Both the position numbers and the translations under genes were made by a program. This document shows, piece after piece, positions 52,682 to 62,438 of a stretch of DNA of 64,000 nucleotides (the first letter of the stretch is position 1; each line of letters starts with the position of its first letter). The stretch comes from Thermoplasmatota archaeon. GTDB taxonomy: Archaea; Thermoplasmatota; Penumbrarchaeia; JANQNL01. The stretch lies in the NCBI GenBank assembly GCA_028279585.1, contig JANQNL010000123.1, positions 2,808-66,807 of the forward strand. The letters are read 5' to 3'. The notes beneath the pieces are model-generated. The model saw only the letters and a program-made list of their open reading frames with translations. It did not search any database and was not told the origin of the DNA.

Positions 52682-54256
52682 GTGGGATGGAACACCATGG
52701 GAGCGCCTGCGGTCAGATTACTGGTCATCGGAGTCGATGGTGCAGCCTATCCCTTGGTCCGAGAATGGATGCAAAGGGGTGAACTTCCGAACTTGAACAA
52801 ACTTTCGAAGAAAGGAACGTTCGGCCAGCTCAATAGCACGAATCCTCCCATCACTTTTCCAGCTATCCCGTCCTTCATCACCGGGAAGAATCCCGGAAAG
52901 CACGGTGTGGTCTCCTTCTTCAGACCGAACAAGGATGGGGCATTGGGCCTTGCAAGTTCGAAGATGATAGACGATGAGGTCTGGCAGATAGGTCCTATGA
53001 GAAAAAGGACGAAGCTGCTTGTTAACGTTCCATTGACATTTCCAGCAAAGAAGGTAAAAGGCTGGACCGTGGGAGGGCTCTTGGCTCCCGGTACAGACGA
53101 TGATAGGTTCGTCCGACCATCCAGGTTGCGGGATGATTACAAAGACCTTCTTTCGAACTACAGGATAGATACTGACAAACGATATGTTCCATCTCAAGAA
53201 GGAAGTTATATCCAGAACATCGTCAAGGTGGCCCAGGCCCGGTGTGACCTTGCACAGGCCATGATGGCCGACCTGAACTGGGACCTAGCCATCGTCTATT
53301 TCTCCATCCTGGACCGGGTCCAGCATTTCATGTTCGGAAAAGATGACAACAAGTGGGTCCTGGAGGCCTACAAGGCCGTGGACAAGATGATCGGTGACCT
53401 TGTCAAGACCGCTGGAAAGGATACCTCGACAATGGTCTTTTCAGACCATGGCTTCGGCCGGTCAAAGGGTCGGTTCTACCCCAACGCGTGGTTGGAGAAG
53501 AACGGCCATCAGTTCCATAAGGGACAGGACTCTGCTCGGATGGGTGAGGGAAAAAGTGGGAACCTTCGTACGAAGTTGATGCCGAACCTTCGGACCATGC
53601 AGTCGAACCAAGCCATAGTTTGGATGGCCTCCAAAGTTCCGAACAAGGTCGTCGCCACTGGTGTCGGTGTGATGGAGCGGCTCAACAGTTCATACGATTT
53701 CGACTCACTGGACCATGAAAGGACAGAGGCCTTCTCGACGATAAACGGCATCTACATCAATTCGATGAGCAAGAAGAAGAAACAGAGATTGATCGCACTG
53801 ATACAGAAGGGTCTTGAGGAGCTCGAGCTCGATGGAACACCTCTGAACATCGAGACATATCGCAGGGAGGAGATATACTCGGGACCGTGTCTTGATAAGA
53901 TGCCGGACATCATGTTCAAGGTCGAGGATTATTCCTTCGAACCCTTCGCCTCGTTCGAGGCCATCGAACCATTACAGGTCTTTGAGAAGGAGTGCAAGGG
54001 TTGGCATCGGACGGAAGGGATCTTCTGTCTGAGCGGACCAGGGTTCAGCTCTTCTGGACCGACCGAGGCATCGATAATGGACCTTGCACCAACCATCCTT
54101 GGGCTTTTCGGGATAGATGCTCCAGAGGATATGGACGGTTCAGCCCTGGAGGATGCCTATAGTCATTCAAGGGCGGATCGGGAGACGCTGTCGGTGGGTA
54201 TGGACAAACGCGAAGAGGAAGGCATATCCAAGGCCGTGAAGAAAGGAAGGTTATAG
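52682..54256 (+). CDS. Alkaline-phosphatase-superfamily enzyme, a paralog of 51000..52637
   Basis: LLVIGVDGAAYPLVREWMQRGELPNLNKL, NPPITFPAIPSFITG, ILDRVQHFMFG and VFSDHGFG. GTG start at 52682, or ATG at 52697. Confidence 0.75.
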   Translation: MGWNTMGAPAVRLLVIGVDGAAYPLVREWMQRGELPNLNKLSKKGTFGQLNSTNPPITFPAIPSFITGKNPGKHGVVSFFRPNKDGALGLASSKMIDDEVWQIGPMRKRTKLLVNVPLTFPAKKVKGWTVGGLLAPGTDDDRFVRPSRLRDDYKDLLSNYRIDTDKRYVPSQEGSYIQNIVKVAQARCDLAQAMMADLNWDLAIVYFSILDRVQHFMFGKDDNKWVLEAYKAVDKMIGDLVKTAGKDTSTMVFSDHGFGRSKGRFYPNAWLEKNGHQFHKGQDSARMGEGKSGNLRTKLMPNLRTMQSNQAIVWMASKVPNKVVATGVGVMERLNSSYDFDSLDHERTEAFSTINGIYINSMSKKKKQRLIALIQKGLEELELDGTPLNIETYRREEIYSGPCLDKMPDIMFKVEDYSFEPFASFEAIEPLQVFEKECKGWHRTEGIFCLSGPGFSSSGPTEASIMDLAPTILGLFGIDAPEDMDGSALEDAYSHSRADRETLSVGMDKREEEGISKAVKKGRL

Positions 54257-57200
54257 ATGAGTGATGAGAAGGAAGGTCCCGTTGAGGACAAAGAGCTGTG
54301 GAAGCAACGCGCGCTCAAATTGCTCATATACCACGGTCTCCCATTGGCAATGTTCCTTCTGGTCGCCTTTATGATACATCGAAATCTATTGTTGTACGAT
54401 GGTGTGATAGTCATCGATGACCTCACCCGTCCGTCCGACCCATCCAAGTGGATGGACACCTTCTATCCAGGATGGGACCCATCCATGAGCGTTTCCGTGA
54501 TGGCACGGGCCACTCAGCTATTTCTGTTCCTACCGTTCCTGTTGTTCGGGCAGATCTTTGGGTTATCCACGTCCAAGGTCCTTGGCTTGAACTTCATCTT
54601 CGTTTCGTTCCTGGCAGGCGCATCGATGTTCTATGCATCGAGATACTTTCTCATTAAAAGCTACGGCAAGGACCGGTTCACAAGCTTTGTTCCTGCCCTT
54701 CTCGGGATAGCATACATGTGGAACGCTTACATGCTCTTCCAATCGTTCCATCCATACATCAGGGCGGGTTTCGCCATGGCCCCATTGGTCGTGCTATCGT
54801 TGTACAAGGGTCTCGAGACCTCGAAACTGCGTTGGATAGTTTGTGCTGCGGCTATTTGGAGCATCGCTTGCGGTGACCTTCACTGGGTGGCCTATGGTGG
54901 GATCCTGTTCAGCTCTATCGTGATCTTTCACTGGGTCCAGGACATGGTCGCTTCCTCTGATGCAAAGACCAGGTTCAAAAGGTCTATGTTCCACGTTGCA
55001 GTGTTCGCGGTTCTATTTGGCAGTGTCATGATACTTTCCATGCACTGGCTGTTGCCTGGTGTCCTTATGGGGAGCACTTCCAGGTACGGTTGGTTGATAA
55101 CATCCGACCAGCTGGTCTCATGGTATGAGGCGTCCACACTTTCTTTGCTTTTCCAGAGGCAGGCCTTCCATTTCAAGACAGAGACATTCTTTGATGTCTA
55201 TGAACCCATCTCTCGGCATCCGTTCATGATGGGGCTTGTGGCATTGCTTGGATTTACCAGCGTTGTCAGTGCACTCGTCGCTTTGGTGTTGAAGCCGAAG
55301 AACGGCTACGTCGTGTTCTTCGGGATATTCTTCCTTATCTCAATGTTCATCACAGGGATACCGAACTTCGCCCCGGACCTTGGGGTCTGGATAATCATGG
55401 AGGCCCCGCTCCACGGCCTGTATGGATGGGCCTTTCGAACCCCGAAGTCCGCCCAGTTGATATTCATCAGTGTCTGTTTCCTCATGGGCTTTACGTTCCT
55501 GGAGGTCCTTCGAAGGACCAACAGGTCGAAGGTAGTTCCCGAAGGGGCAAAGAAATGGGTCAGTTTGGGTATTGTAAGTTTGATCCTCGTGGCTATCCTT
55601 GTACCGGTCTGGCCATTGGCAACTGGAGATGCTTCCGGTGACCTTCGACCGATGGACCTACCACCAGAGTTCGATGAGGCGAATGCGTGGCTTGCACAAC
55701 AGGATGGTGACTTCAAGGTCCTATGGGAACCCACATACCACACGGCAGACGTTACATGGAACGGTGATAAGAGGACCATCAAAGACCTGCCCGCCATGGA
55801 CTCAAGCAGGGACACATATGTGTTCTACACCCCCAATGAGCAACCCAATCGGTACGGGATCCATTATCTCCAAGCCTCAACGCGTCTGAACAGTGACTCT
55901 TTCCTCTATGCGAACACATCGAACGACCTCGGAAAAGTCCTTGCCCCCATGGGGATAAAGTATGTCCTGGTGCATGATGATATTGAAGGGGATGCGGAGC
56001 GCATTGACACTATCATCGCCAACCTGGACCATCAGCAGGACCTGATCCATGTGAAGAGCTTTGGTTTCATAAGGATCTACGAGAACCTTGAATATGGTGG
56101 TGACAGGGTCCCCCGAGCCTTTACAGCTTCCAACACATGGATGTCCTATGGCGGGGTAGAGGTCGTTCCACAGTTGTGCTCGATAGATGAGTTCTCACCA
56201 TTGGACAATGCAGTTGTCTTTGCAGACCAGCAAAGATATGATCAGAGGCAGGTGAACGATTGTACCGGTGTGGTGACCACATCCAAGACACACCCCGATG
56301 CCATCGCCCTCACCTTTGCAGATGAGAAGTGGTTCTACACACCGTTCGATCACATTGATGCCTATGCTCCGAACGAGAAGTGGTCCAAGATAAGGTTCGT
56401 CGATGTGAAGACGACCAGAGAGCATAACTGGGGAGACCTGAACGCCTGGGATTGGGAATATGGCACTGGGTCCGTTGTCACCTGGGGGGAGAACCCGATA
56501 GACCCTGATAGGACCGATGATGGCGACCTGGTCCTTTCTTTGGACCTCGAAGATGAGGTCCACTTCACATCAAGGGCCGATGGGTTGGACCTCGTTGCAT
56601 CTCCACTTACTGGGTATAGCGGAAAGGCGCTCATCGGGACCATCGAGAAGGGTCCTGATGATGTCGAGGTCTTAGGCTCCACTCAGCGGATGGAGATCGG
56701 GGATGTCAGTAACGACCTACGATGCACGTTCAGGTTCTCCACGGTCAATATCAACAATGGACAGCTCATCATCAAGTACTTCGACGATACTGGCCGTTTC
56801 CTTAGGCGTGATTATGTCTTCACCATGAGCGGGGACAATGTCCCTGCCAACTACACCTACGATCTTGAGATACCCTCAGACACCACCAGTGTCAAGCTGG
56901 AACTCGTTTGTGAACACAACCCCATTGGTGACAGCATGTGGGTCATTAATGACCTGAAGCTGTATGACGTGTCCCATTTCGTAGAGCCCATTCGTTCAGT
57001 TATACCTCTTGACCTCTCGTCTAGTGGGGAGCATGACATCTTCGTCAGATGCAACATGGGCTCTCGAGGGGGACGGTTGAGGATAGGGATAGATGACGAA
57101 GGTCCTTGGACAGTTGAGACCACTGCTGCACTTGGGGGTTACAGATGGGTGCTCCTTGGTACCCAGGACCTGTCCCGTGGTAGCCATGATCTTATCATCG

Positions 57201-58528
57201 ATAGTCTCGAAGGATTCAACGCCATCAATATGCTGGCTGTTGTTCCATCAGATGAGATGGAGGTCCTTCGACAGACGGCCAATGAGTATCTTGACGAGCG
57301 TGACCACGTTATACTCCTTGAGGGAGAAGGCCAGGGTCAGTATGGGAATGTGTTGAAGAACAGGGGCGGGGATGTATCTGGTGGGCAGAGTCTGCTGATT
57401 GAGGATTCAATGACCGCTGTATTTACTTTCGAGACTACCATTTCTGCTTCCCGCTCGGTTTCAGTACGAATGCGTGCCATTGGTCCGCATCAAAGGGCCA
57501 GTGTCTCATACGGGAACAGGACCGTAGAGCTAAGCGGTCCTGGAATGATGTCCTACCAACTCGAACCGTCCTGGTTCCCCGCGGGTGAACACATGGTGAA
57601 CATCACCACCTATCACGAGGATGAACTGGTCGGTGAACACGGTCTCGACAGTGCTGGTCATGGGTATAATAGCTCCAAGAAAGATTACTCAAGCTCCATT
57701 TCCACCACGGACAAGGTGGATGGGAACGGGAGCCTGATGATAACGACGAACACTTCCAAAGGCCTCCGGTTCAGCCGTCATGAGGGCCCCGAGTTCGACA
57801 TCGAACCAGGGGTTGACCATGAGATCTCGATAAGTGCCAAGACCTTCAATGTGAACAACAGTCATGCGAAGCTGATGGGCTATGATAGTAGTACGAGTTC
57901 ATGGACCCCACTGTTCAGGGTCATGCCATCGGTCAGAGGGGAGAATGGTTGGACCACATACTCAATGAGCTTGAACGTTGAGATGAACATCACAAAGATC
58001 AAGGTCCAGTTGATGGCAGGGACCGTCCTCGACCCTTCAAAGGGCAATGCGACCACATGGTATGACGGGATCAAGTTGTTCAAGGACCTTCCTGGTGGGT
58101 CCTGTGAGATAGACCAGATCGTCATTGGGACGGGTGAGCTAGAGGACCTGTTCACTCCTTCTGATGGATCATCTGTTATCAGTTATCGTAAGATAAGCAA
58201 CACCAAGTTCGAGATCAAGATGGTCTGCGATGGCCCTATCATGTTGGGATTTGCAGAAAGTTACGAGGACCACTGGCGAGCTCGGATGGATGGTAAAAGT
58301 ATAAGACCAACTCCTATCTTTGGTATGATAAACGGGTTCAGTATCAGTGAGGCCGGCAATCATACGATAGTGATCGAATACCTTCCACAGCAGTGGTTGG
58401 ACATCGGTCTGGTCATAACGCTTGCTGCCGGTAGTTCAATGATACTGTTGCTTATCGCTGTGGAGCGAAAAAGGATCATCTCAAGGATCGAAACGATGAC
58501 AGGGAGGTTCACTGATGGGAAAGGATAA
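54257..58528 (+). CDS. Very large polytopic membrane protein (1423 aa), probably a GT-C-fold glycosyltransferase (AftD/DUF3367-like) with a large extracytoplasmic beta-rich region and a C-terminal TM
   Basis: About 13 N-terminal TM helices. The first loop, VIDDLTRPSDPSKWMDTFYPGWDPSMSV, resembles the acidic-loop motif of GT-C enzymes. About 900 aa of soluble region follow, then C-terminal TM LVITLAAGSSMILLLIAV. Its ATG directly abuts the upstream stop (TAG 54254-54256). Confidence 0.6.
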   Translation: MSDEKEGPVEDKELWKQRALKLLIYHGLPLAMFLLVAFMIHRNLLLYDGVIVIDDLTRPSDPSKWMDTFYPGWDPSMSVSVMARATQLFLFLPFLLFGQIFGLSTSKVLGLNFIFVSFLAGASMFYASRYFLIKSYGKDRFTSFVPALLGIAYMWNAYMLFQSFHPYIRAGFAMAPLVVLSLYKGLETSKLRWIVCAAAIWSIACGDLHWVAYGGILFSSIVIFHWVQDMVASSDAKTRFKRSMFHVAVFAVLFGSVMILSMHWLLPGVLMGSTSRYGWLITSDQLVSWYEASTLSLLFQRQAFHFKTETFFDVYEPISRHPFMMGLVALLGFTSVVSALVALVLKPKNGYVVFFGIFFLISMFITGIPNFAPDLGVWIIMEAPLHGLYGWAFRTPKSAQLIFISVCFLMGFTFLEVLRRTNRSKVVPEGAKKWVSLGIVSLILVAILVPVWPLATGDASGDLRPMDLPPEFDEANAWLAQQDGDFKVLWEPTYHTADVTWNGDKRTIKDLPAMDSSRDTYVFYTPNEQPNRYGIHYLQASTRLNSDSFLYANTSNDLGKVLAPMGIKYVLVHDDIEGDAERIDTIIANLDHQQDLIHVKSFGFIRIYENLEYGGDRVPRAFTASNTWMSYGGVEVVPQLCSIDEFSPLDNAVVFADQQRYDQRQVNDCTGVVTTSKTHPDAIALTFADEKWFYTPFDHIDAYAPNEKWSKIRFVDVKTTREHNWGDLNAWDWEYGTGSVVTWGENPIDPDRTDDGDLVLSLDLEDEVHFTSRADGLDLVASPLTGYSGKALIGTIEKGPDDVEVLGSTQRMEIGDVSNDLRCTFRFSTVNINNGQLIIKYFDDTGRFLRRDYVFTMSGDNVPANYTYDLEIPSDTTSVKLELVCEHNPIGDSMWVINDLKLYDVSHFVEPIRSVIPLDLSSSGEHDIFVRCNMGSRGGRLRIGIDDEGPWTVETTAALGGYRWVLLGTQDLSRGSHDLIIDSLEGFNAINMLAVVPSDEMEVLRQTANEYLDERDHVILLEGEGQGQYGNVLKNRGGDVSGGQSLLIEDSMTAVFTFETTISASRSVSVRMRAIGPHQRASVSYGNRTVELSGPGMMSYQLEPSWFPAGEHMVNITTYHEDELVGEHGLDSAGHGYNSSKKDYSSSISTTDKVDGNGSLMITTNTSKGLRFSRHEGPEFDIEPGVDHEISISAKTFNVNNSHAKLMGYDSSTSSWTPLFRVMPSVRGENGWTTYSMSLNVEMNITKIKVQLMAGTVLDPSKGNATTWYDGIKLFKDLPGGSCEIDQIVIGTGELEDLFTPSDGSSVISYRKISNTKFEIKMVCDGPIMLGFAESYEDHWRARMDGKSIRPTPIFGMINGFSISEAGNHTIVIEYLPQQWLDIGLVITLAAGSSMILLLIAVERKRIISRIETMTGRFTDGKG

Positions 58529-59300
58529 GGACCCATTGATCACGATAATCATCCCTGCATACAATGAGGAGAAGAGGATCAAGCGGACCCTTATGTCGCA
58601 CATCGACCACTTCTCGAAGGAGTATCCTGGACAGTTCGAGCTTGTAGTTGTCACAGATGGATGTACCGACAGGACCAAGGCGATAATCAAAAAGCTTGGA
58701 AAGAAAGAGGTCCGTCACTTCGACTTCAAGCACAGGTTGGGCAAGGGTGGCGCAATAGCCCGCGGTTGTCAAAAGGCTCGAGGAGAGATAGTCACCTATA
58801 CCGATGCTGATGGGTCCACAACACCTCGGCAACTGGATGACCTCATCTCGATACTGATGATCCTTGAATGCGATGGTATCGCAGCCTCAAGGTATGTTGG
58901 AGGATCGAAGCTTTTAGTGAAGCAGACAATGATGCGAAGGGTTGCCTCCAGGGTCTTCAATCTCATCGTCAGGACAATGTTCGGACTACCGTTCCGTGAT
59001 ACCCAATGCGGCGCAAAGGTCTTCACCAAGAAGGTTGCCAAGGATATCTTCTCCCAGCTGCGTGTTACCGATTGGGCCTTTGATATCAATCTGTTGTACA
59101 ATGCACAAAAGGCTGGCTACGATATCCGGGAGATCCCTATCGTATGGGCTGACTCGCAGGACTCGAAGTTCAATATGATGAAGGTGGCACCGATCATGTT
59201 CCTCTCCGTCGTCAGGTTGAGGATATATGAGTCCCCACTGCGGTTCATGGTCACCAATGAGCCCGCAAAGAGGTTTGCATGGAAGGTGAGATGGAAGTGA
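58515..59300 (+). CDS. GT2 glycosyltransferase, dolichyl-phosphate hexosyltransferase-like
   Basis: ITIIIPAYNEEKRI, VVVTDGCTDRT, TYTDADGST (DxD) and FRDTQCGAKVF. It overlaps the upstream gene by 14 nt. Confidence 0.85.
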   Translation: MGKDKDPLITIIIPAYNEEKRIKRTLMSHIDHFSKEYPGQFELVVVTDGCTDRTKAIIKKLGKKEVRHFDFKHRLGKGGAIARGCQKARGEIVTYTDADGSTTPRQLDDLISILMILECDGIAASRYVGGSKLLVKQTMMRRVASRVFNLIVRTMFGLPFRDTQCGAKVFTKKVAKDIFSQLRVTDWAFDINLLYNAQKAGYDIREIPIVWADSQDSKFNMMKVAPIMFLSVVRLRIYESPLRFMVTNEPAKRFAWKVRWK

Positions 59301-60397
59301 AGGTCCTTGTCTTCAATTGGAGGGATACAAAGAACCCTCTGGGTGGAGGAGCAGAGGAGAACATCCATCAGATGGGACTTCGCTGGGTCAAGATGGGCCA
59401 TAAGGTTACGCTGTTCTGTTCGGCCTTTGAAGGATGTGAGTTGGAAGAGAACGTCGATGGGATAGATGTCGTAAGGGCCGGGGGACGGTTCACCGTTTAC
59501 ATCCATGCTCTTTTCAAATACATTTCACGGTTCCGCAAGGAAGGCTACGATGTGACCATCGATGACGTCAATGGTATCCCCTTTCTGTGCAAGCTATACT
59601 CTCGGTCTCCCACGATAGTTCTTTTCCACCATCGTGTTGGTGACATCTTCTTCAGGGAACTTCCCTATCCTGCAGCTCTGTTCGGGTTCTTGGTCGAATC
59701 CAAATTATTTCCATTGGTCTACAAGCGGTCCAAGGTGGTAGCAGTGTCTGATTCCACCAAGGAGGATATGGTAGAGATGGGCTTTCCCGCAAGAAATATC
59801 TCTGTCATAACCAACGGAGTTGAACCTGGACTCTATGTGGATGCGAAGACTGCCAAGACAAAGTACCCCTCCGTTCTATATCTGGGAAGGGTCAAAAAGT
59901 ACAAACAACTGGACCGTCTGGTGAAGGCATTTCCCAAATGGAAGAAGAAGGTCCCAGGTGTCAAACTGATCATCGCCGGGGATGGGGACGATCTTGAGAG
60001 ATTGAGGTCAATGGTGGACCAGAAGGGTTTGTCAAAGGATGTGTGGGTTCTTGGCAGGGTCTCTGATAAGAAGAAGAAGTTCCTCTTGCGCTCGTCCTGG
60101 GTCTTTGCAACCCCATCGCATCGTGAAGGCTGGGGCATAACCACCATCGAGGCGAACGCTTGCCAGACCCCGGTCGTTGCTTATGATGTCGAAGGTCTTC
60201 GTGATTCTGTCAAGCGTGGATACAGCGGCTATCTTGCAAAGAACTCGAAGGAGTTCGATAGGTACATCATCAAGGTCCTACGGGACCCGAAATTGCGCAA
60301 AAGGTTTGGTCAGGACACAAAAGAATGGGCAGAACGGTTCAGCTGGGACGGGTCTGCTCAGAAGTTCGTTCGTTTGATGAAGAAGGTTTCAAACTGA
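59279..60397 (+). CDS. Glycosyltransferase family 4
   Basis: LYLGRVKKYKQLDRLVKAF and PSHREGWGITTIEANACQTPVVAYDVEGLRDSV. An alternative start is ATG 59291 (MEVKVLVFNW). Confidence 0.85.
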   Translation: MEGEMEVKVLVFNWRDTKNPLGGGAEENIHQMGLRWVKMGHKVTLFCSAFEGCELEENVDGIDVVRAGGRFTVYIHALFKYISRFRKEGYDVTIDDVNGIPFLCKLYSRSPTIVLFHHRVGDIFFRELPYPAALFGFLVESKLFPLVYKRSKVVAVSDSTKEDMVEMGFPARNISVITNGVEPGLYVDAKTAKTKYPSVLYLGRVKKYKQLDRLVKAFPKWKKKVPGVKLIIAGDGDDLERLRSMVDQKGLSKDVWVLGRVSDKKKKFLLRSSWVFATPSHREGWGITTIEANACQTPVVAYDVEGLRDSVKRGYSGYLAKNSKEFDRYIIKVLRDPKLRKRFGQDTKEWAERFSWDGSAQKFVRLMKKVSN

Positions 60398-61111
60398 GCT
60401 CTTCACCTTTTTCCTTGCCTTTTTGTATAGTGGTTCGACCTCTTCCACGGACCCTGTTCGAATTATCGGTAGCAACATGTCGCAGTTCCTTAACCTAAGG
60501 GCCAGTTTATGGTCCTGACCAGGATACTCGAAGAGCTTAACATGTGGGAAGTGGTCGATGAGCTTGGCATGGATGTTATCTATCCGATTGCCAGGTGAGT
60601 AATGGACGATGAACTGTGTGCTTGATGCCTTCTCTACATACTTCGTCACGTTCAGAGCGGACCGGTCCACTCGTTTTACTATGGACTTCAGGGTTGCCAG
60701 TGGTGCTCGTGTGTCAAAGTCCCTTATCCTATCATCGATCCCAAGATAGATGGCTGGTGAGAACGCATGTACAACATCGGCGTTCAATCTTGCACCTTGG
60801 TACAAGGCTGCATGACCCCCAAGGCAATTGCCAACGGTGGTTACCGTGGTGAATCCGTTCTTTTTGATGATCCTTCTCAACTTCTTCGTGATATCTTTGG
60901 GGGAGGTCGCAAGACCTGGAACACCCTGCTGATAGAACGAACCAGTGCTATCGCGCAAGTAGATCCTGGAATAGGGTTCGTTCTTTGTTGTGCGCATGAA
61001 CTCGTATGGGGACTCCTTGAAACCGAATCCCCCATACACGCCTCCGAAGATGATGACGCACTTGTCAGCGTCATCGACGAGTTCTATCATAATAGAATCA
61101 CTTTCTTCCAC
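60389..61111 (-). CDS. Alpha/beta-hydrolase-like protein with a Cys in the nucleophile elbow
   Basis: CVIIFGG strand, elbow TVGNCLGGHAAL (G-x-C-x-G), and C-terminal YPGQDHKLA (candidate catalytic His). Confidence 0.5.
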   Translation of the reverse strand: MEESDSIMIELVDDADKCVIIFGGVYGGFGFKESPYEFMRTTKNEPYSRIYLRDSTGSFYQQGVPGLATSPKDITKKLRRIIKKNGFTTVTTVGNCLGGHAALYQGARLNADVVHAFSPAIYLGIDDRIRDFDTRAPLATLKSIVKRVDRSALNVTKYVEKASSTQFIVHYSPGNRIDNIHAKLIDHFPHVKLFEYPGQDHKLALRLRNCDMLLPIIRTGSVEEVEPLYKKARKKVKSSV

Positions 61112-61177
61112 GTTCGAGCCCCAGTAGGGGTGGATTGCACAGAAAGGATAAAAAGGGTTCAGGTCTGTTCCAACAGA

Positions 61178-61426
61178 GTGCTGTCCAACCCACTGCTCCT
61201 TGCAATATCCATTGTGATATTCGTGTTGTTCCTTGTGCTTCGGATAAACTACAGAGTGCCGACGCTAATAGGAGTGGTTCTCATAGTCATCCTTGCAGTG
61301 GTCCAGGTCCTGTTCTCTGAGGACTTGGCCAACAGCATCGCACTGGTGGCGTTGTACGTTCTATTGGCAGGTATCGGCCTGATAACCATCAATTACTTCC
61401 TGGACTTGCGCAAGCAGCGAACTTGA
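61178..61426 (+). CDS. Possible small membrane protein (about 82 aa, GTG start)
   Basis: This is the C-terminal third of ORF 60767..61426, the part not antisense to another gene. Sequence VLSNPLLLAISIVIFVLFLVLRINYRVPTLIGVVLIVILAVVQVLF...ALVALYVLLAGIGLITINYFL gives three hydrophobic helices. Confidence 0.3.
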   Translation: MLSNPLLLAISIVIFVLFLVLRINYRVPTLIGVVLIVILAVVQVLFSEDLANSIALVALYVLLAGIGLITINYFLDLRKQRT

Positions 61427-61822
61427 TCAGACCTTTGCTTCGTTCTTGGACAGGTTCTCTTCCAGCTTGATGGCCTCATTGGCTATCTCTGCCTTTTGGA
61501 TGATGCCAAGGACCGGGTTCTTGCCGTTGGCAAGTTCCTCGATGAGGAGCTTCAATCGGAGTGTGTCACCCTCGGTCAAGAACTCACAGCTGAAGAATAC
61601 AAGGTGCTCGTCCACACCAAGGTATGCCCCTTTGGCGTTATGTTGGTAGACCGAGCCGTACTCGAACCTTATCTTCTCACGCACCTCTTCGTCCATGAGC
61701 GTCAATGGTAGGAACACCTCATAGATCTCGAAGTTGCCAAGCATCTTCGACCAGGTGATGTTACCGTCGAGGATACCTTTGGCGATGCGTCTGAGCTGGG
61801 TTGGACTTCGGTCTTTGAACAT
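61427..61822 (-). CDS. Hypothetical protein (131 aa)
   Basis: Clean ORF with no recognisable motif. It lies adjacent to the toxin-antitoxin pair. Confidence 0.5.
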   Translation of the reverse strand: MFKDRSPTQLRRIAKGILDGNITWSKMLGNFEIYEVFLPLTLMDEEVREKIRFEYGSVYQHNAKGAYLGVDEHLVFFSCEFLTEGDTLRLKLLIEELANGKNPVLGIIQKAEIANEAIKLEENLSKNEAKV

Positions 61823-61895
61823 GGTTCACACCCCCCCCGGGATGTCGGGAACTAAGAATATTTACTACTTGCAGAAAATAGTTTGCGGGAGGTAC

Positions 61896-62195
61896 TCAGT
61901 ATATCTTAGACCGGTGCATCAGAGCTGTGATCTGAACTATCTTCGTTTCTTCATCAACTTCATAGATGAGGCGGTAGTCGCCTATCCTGACCCTGTACCT
62001 GCTTTCCTTTCGGGTTGAGATCAGTTTGATGTCAACGCCAGGCCTATTCGTGTGAGGATCCATCTCCAGTTGTGGAATGATCTCCTCGAGCCGTTCAATG
62101 ATGTATCCTTGTCCTGACCGACGTATTCTCTTCAAGGACTTGCACAAGTCCCTGCTCATATCTACAACATAGTTCTGTTCGTTCTCTTCCACCAT
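61896..62195 (-). CDS. relE: RelE/ParE-family type II toxin
   Basis: 99 aa. The C-terminal RYRVRIGDYRLIYEVDEETKIVQITALMHRSKIY is the typical RelE/StbE signature. Confidence 0.8.
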   Translation of the reverse strand: MVEENEQNYVVDMSRDLCKSLKRIRRSGQGYIIERLEEIIPQLEMDPHTNRPGVDIKLISTRKESRYRVRIGDYRLIYEVDEETKIVQITALMHRSKIY

Positions 62196-62201
62196 AGCGC
62201 C

Positions 62202-62429
62202 TCAGACCTGGTCCAAGGCCTCCTTCAAGGAATCGATCCTGATACCGCCTTCTTTCTTCATCTTCTCCATACGTTCCTCATGCACTTTGAGGGCTTCCTT
62301 GTAGAAATCATCCTCCGGAACGTCTTCCATCAGTTTCTGGATGACATCATCGAACGTCATCCCAGCGTGCTTGTACATCAAGAGCCTCTGGTAGGTCTGC
62401 GGATGTAGGTTGATGGTCTTGTATGGCAT
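62202..62429 (-). CDS. Cognate antitoxin (75 aa)
   Basis: It ends 6 nt upstream of the toxin gene. The start is placed at M24 (MPYKTINLHPQTYQRLL...) because the upstream ORF part only translates the tandem repeat (IIAIIAIIA). Confidence 0.65.
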   Translation of the reverse strand: MPYKTINLHPQTYQRLLMYKHAGMTFDDVIQKLMEDVPEDDFYKEALKVHEERMEKMKKEGGIRIDSLKEALDQV

Positions 62430-62438
62430 TGTATCATT

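Noticed and set aside
56446-56465. WDWEYG string in the 1423-aa membrane protein, considered as the AglB/STT3 WWDYG catalytic motif
   Set aside because: The sequence differs (W-D-W-E-Y-G versus W-W-D-Y-G). It also lies deep in the soluble region, about 250 aa after the last N-terminal TM, rather than right after the TM domain. The protein is therefore not called an oligosaccharyltransferase.
60767-61177. N-terminal two-thirds of the 219-aa plus-strand ORF 60767..61426
   Set aside because: It is antisense to the better-supported alpha/beta-hydrolase-like gene 60389..61111. Only the non-overlapping hydrophobic C-terminal part (61178..61426) was kept, as a low-confidence CDS.
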